A stretch of DNA of 16,133 bases from Candidatus Eiseniibacteriota bacterium (GTDB lineage: Bacteria > Eisenbacteria > RBG-16-71-46), in NCBI GenBank assembly GCA_044222065.1, contig JBGAOA010000055.1, positions 12,505 through 28,637 of the forward strand, given 5' to 3'. Each line of letters starts with the position of its first letter. The first letter of the stretch is position 1. The position numbers were made by a program, and so were the translations under genes. The notes under the pieces are model-generated. The model searched no databases. It worked only from the letters and a program-made list of their open reading frames with translations, and was not told where the DNA came from. Positions 1 to 5,521 of this stretch are shown in pieces.

Positions 1-21
1 CGGGCCGCGCGCCAACCGGGA

Positions 22-837
22 TTAGAACAGGCGGAGAATCGCCTGCTGCGACTGCGACGACATGCTCAGCGACACGATGCCGAGCTGCTGGCGGGTCTGG
101 AGCGCCAGCATGTTCGCGCCTTCCTCGTTCGGGTCGGCGACGGTCAGCTTGTCCGCGCCTTCCGTGAGCGTGTTGATCATGCCCTGCGTGAAGGCGTTGC
201 GGGCGTTGATGACGCCGGTGCCCGAGCCGAGCGTCTTGGCGTTCGTGCGCAGCGTGTTCAGGGCCGCGTCGAGGTCCGCGACCGCGGCGTCGATGTTCGT
301 GTCGGCCACCCACGCGGCGGCGGCGGCGGCGATCGTCAGGTCGCCGGCAGCGGTCGCATCGAAGCCGACGATGTCGAGCGTCGAGGTGCCGTTCTCGTTG
401 AGGTCGACCGTGAGCGTGTCTCCCGCGAGCAGGTTCGTGCCCTTGTAGCCCGAGTCGCCGGCGAGGCCGTCGATCTGGGTGAGCAGGTCGTCGAACTGCC
501 CCGCCAGCGTGGCGCGGTCGGCGGTGTTCGCGCTGCGGGCCGACGCCGTGAGGCCCTTCGCCTGCTCGATCAGGCTCGTGATGGCCTTGATGCCTTCGTC
601 CGCGGCCTTCACGGTCTGGATCGCCTCGCTCATGCCGTCCTTGCGGGCGCCGAGGTCGGAGGCGCGGCTGCGATTGTTCTGCGCCGCGAAGAACGCCGAC
701 GCGTCGTCCACCGCGCTGTTCACGCGCAGACCGGTCGCGAGGCGCTGGCTCGTCCGGGCCATCAGGGTGTCGGTGACCTGCAGCTGGAGCAGATTCGTCC
801 GCATCCCGCCGGCGAGGTTGATGTCGTTGATCGCCAT
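22..837 (-). CDS. fliC: Flagellin, minimal (271 aa, essentially D0/D1 domains only)
   Basis: N-terminal flagellin motif QRLATGLRVNSAVDDASAF; C-terminal ADPNEEGANMLALQTRQQLGIVSLSMSSQSQQAILRLF; SD-like AAGGGGGA at 853-846; TAA stop. Confidence 0.95.
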   Translation of the reverse strand: MAINDINLAGGMRTNLLQLQVTDTLMARTSQRLATGLRVNSAVDDASAFFAAQNNRSRASDLGARKDGMSEAIQTVKAADEGIKAITSLIEQAKGLTASARSANTADRATLAGQFDDLLTQIDGLAGDSGYKGTNLLAGDTLTVDLNENGTSTLDIVGFDATAAGDLTIAAAAAAWVADTNIDAAVADLDAALNTLRTNAKTLGSGTGVINARNAFTQGMINTLTEGADKLTVADPNEEGANMLALQTRQQLGIVSLSMSSQSQQAILRLF

Positions 838-904
838 GTTTCGAATCCCCCTTGTGGGTGAAGAAGAGAGAGAGAGGAACCGGGCGCGGGTCGTCGACTC
901 CGCG

Positions 905-923
905 GTCGGCAGGATTTGCCGAC
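905..923. promoter_or_regulatory. Perfect inverted repeat GTCGGCA-GGATT-TGCCGAC at the start of the flagellin transcript (5' hairpin and/or activator site CGGCA-N5-TGCCG, 907-921)
   Basis: 7-bp perfect arms seen directly; lies about 7 nt downstream of the sigma28 -10 on the minus strand; core has the same geometry as the repeated 15-bp motif. Confidence 0.55.
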
Positions 924-930
924 GTTGCTA

Positions 931-957
931 GCTTCGGAGCGCGTCGAGCGAACTTGA
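931..957 (-). promoter_or_regulatory. Sigma28 (FliA)-type promoter of flagellin
   Basis: Minus strand TCAA-GTTCGCTCGACGCGC(15)-TCCGAAGC versus consensus TAAA-N15-GCCGATAA, with GTT extension of the -35; about 95 nt upstream of the ATG. Confidence 0.7.
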
Positions 958-974
958 GAGCCTCGGAGGCGCGT

Positions 975-1008
975 GGATCGCGGCTGGCACGCTTCGTGTG
1001 CGCGATCC
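975..1008. terminator. Extended hairpin between flgL and the flagellin promoter (possible terminator or stabiliser)
   Basis: GGATCGCG (975-982) pairs with CGCGATCC (1001-1008), with inner CACG-CTT-CGTG; no U-tract. Confidence 0.3.
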
Positions 1009-1096
1009 GACCCACTCGACGCGCGTCGCACCCGGCGCGCCGCGAATGGACGGCGGCACGCGGACGCTCGAACACCTCACGCGCAGCGCGGAGGCG

Positions 1097-1963
1097 TCAG
1101 GTCAGGTAGCTCGCGAGGTTCAGCTGCGCGATGCGGCCGACGAGTTCGTACGTGCGCTCGAGCGCGGTCTGGGCGGTCATCGCTTCGATGATCGCCTCGG
1201 CCTGCGGCACGTCGCGCACCGCATCGCGCGCGTCGGACACCGTGTTCGCGCTGATCGTGAGCCGCGTGCCGATGTCGTCGATGTTCTTGATGCGCGCGCC
1301 GACCTCGGCCTGAAGCGAGAGCAGGTGCACGCGATCGCTCTCGACCGTGGCCGCGGCGGTGTTGATGTCGCTCGACGTGCCGTTCTGCAGCTGGAGCTGC
1401 AGCGCGTCGAGGTTCGCGAACGCGGCCGAGAACACCTGGTCGCCCGTGTGGTTCACCACGAGATTGTTCTGCGCGTCCACTTCCACGCGGCGCGTCGTCG
1501 TGTCGCCGACGTACGAGCCGTCGGCGAGGAACGGCGGCGTTCCCGAGCGTCCGCCGGCGAAGATGTACTCGCTGCCGACGCGCGTGTTCGCGAGCGCCAC
1601 GAGCTCCTCGCGGATCACGTCGATCTGCGCCATCGCCTGGTCTCGCGACGGATCGCCCGGCGCGGCGCTCGCCGCGCCCATCGCGAGTTTCTTCGCCTGG
1701 TCGAGCAGGTCGCGCGCGGCGGTCAGCGTGACGTCCTCGGCCGACAGCCGCGTCTGCGCGTACACGCCGTTCGAGCGGAACTGCGAGATCTCTCGAAGCT
1801 GCGATTCGAGCCGCATCACCTGCGCGGCGCCGACCGGATCGTCCGAGGTGCGCTCGATGCGATGACCGGTCGCCGCTCGCTGCTGGGCACGGCCGAGCGT
1901 CGTGGCGTTGGCGCGCAGCGAACGCAGCAGGTTCAGTCGGAACGAGGAGTCGGAAACGCGCAT
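1097..1963 (-). CDS. flgL: Flagellar hook-associated protein 3 (hook-filament junction)
   Basis: MRVSD start; ATGHRIERTSDDPVGAAQ; ALANTRVGSEYIFAGGR; YVGD; C-terminal RIAQLNLASYL; GGAG SD upstream. Confidence 0.92.
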   Translation of the reverse strand: MRVSDSSFRLNLLRSLRANATTLGRAQQRAATGHRIERTSDDPVGAAQVMRLESQLREISQFRSNGVYAQTRLSAEDVTLTAARDLLDQAKKLAMGAASAAPGDPSRDQAMAQIDVIREELVALANTRVGSEYIFAGGRSGTPPFLADGSYVGDTTTRRVEVDAQNNLVVNHTGDQVFSAAFANLDALQLQLQNGTSSDINTAAATVESDRVHLLSLQAEVGARIKNIDDIGTRLTISANTVSDARDAVRDVPQAEAIIEAMTAQTALERTYELVGRIAQLNLASYLT

Positions 1964-2006
1964 GTTCGGAACTCCGGGCTCGAGTCGGGGCCTTCTTCAG
2001 GGGCAA

Positions 2007-2040
2007 GTCTCGGAGCCACACCGTGCAACCTTGAGGCCCG
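2007..2040 (-). promoter_or_regulatory. Proximal flgL promoter candidates (overlapping sigma28-like and sigma54-like)
   Basis: Sigma28-like TCAA-N16-TCCGAGAC (2034-2007), similar to the flagellin promoter; sigma54-like GG-CCTCAAGGTT-GCA (2038-2024) with good -12 but weak -24. Confidence 0.35.
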
Positions 2041-2116
2041 GCCGGGGGTTCCGGAACGTCCGGCCAGGCGGGGGAAGGAGCGTCCGAGCCGCGCGGGTCC
2101 GGGGCTTCCGCGCCCT

Positions 2117-2154
2117 CGGAGAACTCGTCCGGGCCGCTGCGGAACTCGCTTCCG
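2117..2154. promoter_or_regulatory. Tandem putative enhancer sites (pair 1)
   Basis: CGGAG-AACTC-GTCCG (2117-2131) and CGGAA-CTCGC-TTCCG (2140-2154), offset 23 bp. Confidence 0.55.
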
Positions 2155-2252
2155 GTGCGCTCCAAACTGTCCCACTCGGTGGGACGAAGCGGCGCTCTCG
2201 TGTCCCGAACGACGGTCTCGACGCGACGGATTTTCCGCGGCCGAATCGGGTG

Positions 2253-2280
2253 ATATCGGCACTTCGCGAGCGGAACTTCA
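2253..2280 (-). promoter_or_regulatory. Distal sigma28-type promoter pointing toward flgL
   Basis: Minus strand TGAA-GTTCCGCTCGCGAAGT(16)-GCCGATAT; -10 is a consensus match. Confidence 0.55.
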
Positions 2281-2300
2281 GGAATTCATTGCCGCTCGTT

Positions 2301-2336
2301 CGGCCAGTGTTTCCGGGCCTCCGGAAGCTCTGTCCG
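2301..2336. promoter_or_regulatory. Tandem putative enhancer sites (pair 2)
   Basis: CGGCC-AGTGT-TTCCG (2301-2315) and CGGAA-GCTCT-GTCCG (2322-2336), offset 21 bp, ending about 65 bp upstream of the sigma54 -24. Confidence 0.55.
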
Positions 2337-2400
2337 CTCGATCGGACCGGATCGGAGCCACGGGCTTCGTGCGGACGGCGGCTGGCGCGGATTTCGAGGT

Positions 2401-2415
2401 TGGCACGATGCACGC
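2401..2415 (+). promoter_or_regulatory. Sigma54 -24/-12 promoter of the regulator gene
   Basis: TGGCAC-GATGC-ACGC: perfect -24 and GG-N10-GC spacing; AC instead of TT before the -12 GC. Confidence 0.6.
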
Positions 2416-2499
2416 ACTGGGGGATTCCACGCAGGCATTGGAGGCGGCTCGGCCGCACGGCGCGTCGCGCCGTGGACGCTGGTGAACAAGGAGGTCGTT

Positions 2500-3984
2500 G
2501 TGTCGAACATACTCTGCATCGACGACGAACCGTCGGTGAGCGTGACCCTCGAAAACCTCTTGAAGAGCATGGGCCACCGGCCCGTGCTCGCGTCGAGTTT
2601 CGAGGAATGCGTTCGCGTGCTCGGGCAGGAGCCGTTCGACCTCATCATCTCGGACGAGACGTTTCCGGGCGGCACGGGCTCCGACGTTCTCGAGCACCTG
2701 CGCCAGAACGCGATCGACGTCCCGGTGATCGTGACGTCCCCCTATTCCAAGGTGGACCAGGCCGTGCAGATCATGCGGCAGGGGGCGGTGGACTACCTCA
2801 CGAAGCCGCTGCGCTCGGAAGCGCTGCGGCTCGCGGTGCAGAACGCGATCGAGATCGACCGCATGCGCCGGCTCAACGAGAACTTCCGCCGCGAGATCAG
2901 CTCCCTGCGCGGCCAGCGCGTGATCCTCGGCGACAGCGGGGCGCTGCGCCGCGTGCTCGAGATGATCGAAACCGTCGGCCCGACGCGGGCGACCGTGCTG
3001 CTGCAGGGCGAGTCGGGCACGGGCAAGGAGCTGTTCGCGCGTGCGCTCCACGACCGCAGTTCGCGCCGCAACCAGCCGTTCGTGAGCGTGAATTGCGCGG
3101 CGCTGCCCGAGGGGCTCGTCGAAAGCGCGATGTTCGGCCACGAGCGCGGCGCCTTCACCGGCGCGACGGGCCGCTCGCGCGGCGCGTTCGAGCGCGCACA
3201 CGGCGGCACGCTGCTGCTCGACGAGATCTCCGAGATGAAGCTCGAGCTGCAGGCGAAGCTGCTGCGCGCGATCCAGGAGCAGGAAATCGAGCGCGTCGGC
3301 GGCACGCAGCCGATCCGCGTGGACGTCCGCATCGTCGCGACGACGAACCGCGATCTGTGGCACGAGGTCGAGGCCGGGCGCTTCCGCCGCGACCTCTATT
3401 ACCGCCTGAGCGTCGTGCCGATCCACACGCCTCCGCTGCGCGAGCGCAAGGAAGACATCGCGCAGCTCGTCGCCCACTTCGCGCAGCAGACCGCGCAGGA
3501 GATCGGCGCGCGCACGCCCGAAGTGCCGGCCGAGACGATGCAGGTGCTGACCGCGTACGACTGGCCCGGCAACATCCGCGAGCTCGCGAACGCGATCGAG
3601 CGCGCGGTCATCTTGTGCCGCGACGGCGTCATCACGCCGGACGCGTTCTCGTTTCGCGCCGTCACCTTCCCTGGGTCCGCCGCGGCTGCCACCGCGGCGG
3701 GCGGCGCGATGATTCCCGAGGGCGGCGAGGGGTTCCGCTCGGCGCCCGCCTCCGCGGTCGTGAGCTACGCGGCCTCCATGCCGAAGAACGGCGGCGGATG
3801 GCGCGAGGCCGTCGCGAGCGCGCTGCCGGCGGGCGTGGACGCCCCCGACCAGCAGTTCAACCTGCGGGTGCTCGAGCGCGTCACGATCCAGCGCGCGCTC
3901 GAAGCGACGCGCGGGCACCGCTCGCGCGCGGCACGGCTGCTCGGCATCAGCGAGCGCACGCTGAGGAACAAGCTCAAGACCTGA
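2500..3984 (+). CDS. Sigma54-dependent response regulator (REC-AAA+-Fis HTH), FlbD/FlrC/FleR-like flagellar activator
   Basis: Receiver IDDE...LIISD...YLTKP; Walker A GESGTGKE; GAFTGA; Walker B LLLDEI; FRRDLYYRL; WPGNIREL; HTH AARLLGISERTLRNKL. Start moved to GTG 2500, behind AAGGAGG (2488-2494). Confidence 0.93.
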   Translation: MSNILCIDDEPSVSVTLENLLKSMGHRPVLASSFEECVRVLGQEPFDLIISDETFPGGTGSDVLEHLRQNAIDVPVIVTSPYSKVDQAVQIMRQGAVDYLTKPLRSEALRLAVQNAIEIDRMRRLNENFRREISSLRGQRVILGDSGALRRVLEMIETVGPTRATVLLQGESGTGKELFARALHDRSSRRNQPFVSVNCAALPEGLVESAMFGHERGAFTGATGRSRGAFERAHGGTLLLDEISEMKLELQAKLLRAIQEQEIERVGGTQPIRVDVRIVATTNRDLWHEVEAGRFRRDLYYRLSVVPIHTPPLRERKEDIAQLVAHFAQQTAQEIGARTPEVPAETMQVLTAYDWPGNIRELANAIERAVILCRDGVITPDAFSFRAVTFPGSAAAATAAGGAMIPEGGEGFRSAPASAVVSYAASMPKNGGGWREAVASALPAGVDAPDQQFNLRVLERVTIQRALEATRGHRSRAARLLGISERTLRNKLKT

Positions 3985-4008
3985 TCACCACGTTGCACGG
4001 GGGCTCGT

Positions 4009-4038
4009 CGGCGCTCGCCGGAACACCGGCGGGCGCCG
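4009..4038 (+). terminator. GC-rich hairpin after the regulator gene
   Basis: 13-bp stem (one G-U pair) CGGCGCTCGCCGG-AACA-CCGGCGGGCGCCG, followed by CCTCGTTTC (weak U-tract). Confidence 0.5.
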
Positions 4039-4093
4039 CCTCGTTTCGGGGCAGGAGCGTCCGCCACGGGCACCGGCACGTTGCGCGCGCGTG

Positions 4094-4130
4094 CGGCACG
4101 AAACTCCGCTCGCTGCGGAAGCGCCTTCCG
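4094..4130. promoter_or_regulatory. Tandem putative enhancer sites (pair 3)
   Basis: CGGCA-CGAAA-CTCCG (4094-4108) and CGGAA-GCGCC-TTCCG (4116-4130), offset 22 bp, about 110 bp upstream of the flgB sigma54 promoter. Confidence 0.6.
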
Positions 4131-4241
4131 CTCGCCGCAGTCGCCCGCGCGCGGCGCACGCGAGCGCGGCGCGCCGTCCGCGCGCGCTAACGCCGAGCGT
4201 GCGCGGACCTTGCGCGCGACGGGCCGCGCGCGAGACGCGCG

Positions 4242-4256
4242 TGGTACGCCCGTTGC
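4242..4256 (+). promoter_or_regulatory. Sigma54 promoter of the flgB operon
   Basis: TGGTAC-GCCCG-TTGC matches TGGYAC-N5-TTGC, 38 nt before the flgB ATG. Confidence 0.85.
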
Positions 4257-4294
4257 CTTGGCGCTCCTCGTCATCCACCGAGGGGAGGATCGCC

Positions 4295-4591
4295 ATGCTG
4301 AAGGGACTGTTCGGTCCGACGACGCTGTCCGCGCAATTGCGCGGCGGCCTCGAGGAGACGAGCGCGACGCACCGCGGCATCGCCGGGCGCGTCGCGGGGC
4401 TCCTCACGTCGAGTTCGCCGACGAGCTTCCAGAGCGAGCTCGAGGCGCAGGCGGCGGCGGCGAAGCGCGAGGCCGACCTCGAGCAGGAGATGACGTCGCT
4501 CGCGGACACCCAGCTGCGCTACGAGGCCGACGCGAAGCTCCTGCAGTCGGCGTACGCGCGGCTCCGAACGGCGATTCGCGGCCATGTCTGA
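4295..4591 (+). CDS. flgB: Flagellar proximal rod protein FlgB, short and divergent (98 aa)
   Basis: First gene of the operon, before flgC; GGAGG SD; C-terminal DLEQEMTSLADTQLRYEADAKLL...LRTAIRG matches the FlgB C-terminal helix. Confidence 0.75.
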   Translation: MLKGLFGPTTLSAQLRGGLEETSATHRGIAGRVAGLLTSSSPTSFQSELEAQAAAAKREADLEQEMTSLADTQLRYEADAKLLQSAYARLRTAIRGHV

Positions 4592-4997
4592 TCCGATCCG
4601 CTTCCCGATGCTCGCGCGCCCCGTGCGCCAGCTGCTCGGACCGCTCACGACGCCCGCGCGCGGGATGTCCACGCAGCAGACCTTCCTCGAGACGATCGCC
4701 GCGAACCTCGCGAACGCCGAGACCACGAGCACGCCCGAGGGCGGACCGTACCAGCGCCAGATCGCCGTCGCCGACGGCGCGAGCGGCGGCGTGCGCGTCG
4801 TCGCGGACGCCTCGATGGGACGCCAGGTCTACGACCCGGGCCACCCCGACGCCGACCCGAGCGGCTTCGTCACCTATCCGAACGTCGACACCTCGACCGA
4901 ACTCGTGGACCTCATGATCGCGAAGCGCATGTTCGAGGCGAACGCCACCGTCTTCCACGCGGCGAAGGGCATGCTCCGCCGCGCGCTCGAGATCTAG
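4584..4997 (+). CDS. flgC: Flagellar proximal rod protein FlgC
   Basis: IAANLANAETT..PEGGPYQRQ; VYDPGHPDAD..GFVTYPNVD; FEAN; ALEI. Confidence 0.95.
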   Translation: MSDPIRFPMLARPVRQLLGPLTTPARGMSTQQTFLETIAANLANAETTSTPEGGPYQRQIAVADGASGGVRVVADASMGRQVYDPGHPDADPSGFVTYPNVDTSTELVDLMIAKRMFEANATVFHAAKGMLRRALEI

Positions 4998-5006
4998 GAG
5001 GCCGCG

Positions 5007-5201
5007 ATGTCCGTCATCCGCCCGGCCGGCGCGACGCCCGCGCCCGCGGCGGCCGCCACGCTGTGGGACGCGCTCGAGCCCGAGGAGCGCGCGTTCTTCG
5101 AGCGCCTCGGCGCACTCGGTCCCCTGACCTACGGCCCGCGCTCGAACGACTCCGGCGCGCTCGCGCCCCCGACGGGGCGCCGCATCGACGTGAGGGCGTG
5201 A
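5007..5201 (+). CDS. Small hypothetical protein (64 aa) between flgC and fliE
   Basis: AGGAGG SD overlapping the flgC stop; fills the gap exactly (stop 1 nt before the fliE start); G/C-ending codons; ends GRRIDVRA. Confidence 0.8.
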   Translation: MSVIRPAGATPAPAAAATLWDALEPEERAFFERLGALGPLTYGPRSNDSGALAPPTGRRIDVRA

Positions 5202-5202
5202 C

Positions 5203-5502
5203 GTGGCCGCGCCGATCCGCACCGACCTCGTCTCCGCGCTGCGCCTCGAGCGCCCGGAGATCCCGGCGCCGTCGTCGTCGGGCGAGCCGTCGTTCGCCGA
5301 CGTGTTCCAGAAGGTGCTCGGCGACACGGGACGCCTGCAGGACGACGCGCAGGACCTGATCGGACGCTTCCTGCGCGGCGAACCCGTCGAACTGCACCAG
5401 GTGATGGCCGCGAGCGAAGAGGCCTCGATCTCGCTCGAGCTGCTCGTCGAGATCCGCAACAAGCTCACCGACGCCTACAAGACGCTGATGAACCTCCAGT
5501 GA
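5203..5502 (+). CDS. fliE: Flagellar hook-basal body protein FliE
   Basis: SFADVF; ELHQVMAASEEASISLELLVEIRNKLTDAYKTLMNLQ. Confidence 0.96.
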   Translation: MAAPIRTDLVSALRLERPEIPAPSSSGEPSFADVFQKVLGDTGRLQDDAQDLIGRFLRGEPVELHQVMAASEEASISLELLVEIRNKLTDAYKTLMNLQ

Positions 5503-5521
5503 CGGGAGTCCCGCTCCGCTC

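Noticed and set aside
2003..2018. Minus-strand TGGCTC-N6-TTGC sigma54 candidate for flgL
   Set aside because: Spacing is one base too long, and sigma54 spacing is strict.
2161..2195. c-di-GMP-I riboswitch look-alike (CAAAC...GTGGGACG-AAGC)
   Set aside because: Lacks GGCAAA, the GNRA loop and the downstream P3/receptor stem; it is a simple palindrome upstream of the predicted promoter.
2050..2236. CsrB/RsmZ-like sponge sRNA (11 GGA on the minus strand)
   Set aside because: None of the GGAs is in ANGGA context, and CGGA is equally enriched on the other strand, which fits DNA half-sites better.
998..2485. 495-aa plus-strand ORF, and the other long antisense or alternative-frame ORFs in the track (e.g. 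2278..3918, 5959..8550, 10734..13676, 10931..13498)
   Set aside because: Shadow ORFs expected at very high GC. They overlap clear flagellar genes, are Arg/Ala/Pro-rich and show no recognisable motifs.
2482..2499. ORF-track start of the regulator at 2482; likewise the extended starts at 4091 (flgB), 5626 (fliG), 9928, 13495 (flgE) and 14969 (fliL)
   Set aside because: Downstream starts have SD sequences or overlap the previous stop, and match family N-termini. The extensions run through promoters or other genes.
4295..4591. flgB as a pseudogene
   Set aside because: Intact SD, no stop or visible frameshift, preserved C-terminal helix and overlap with flgC.
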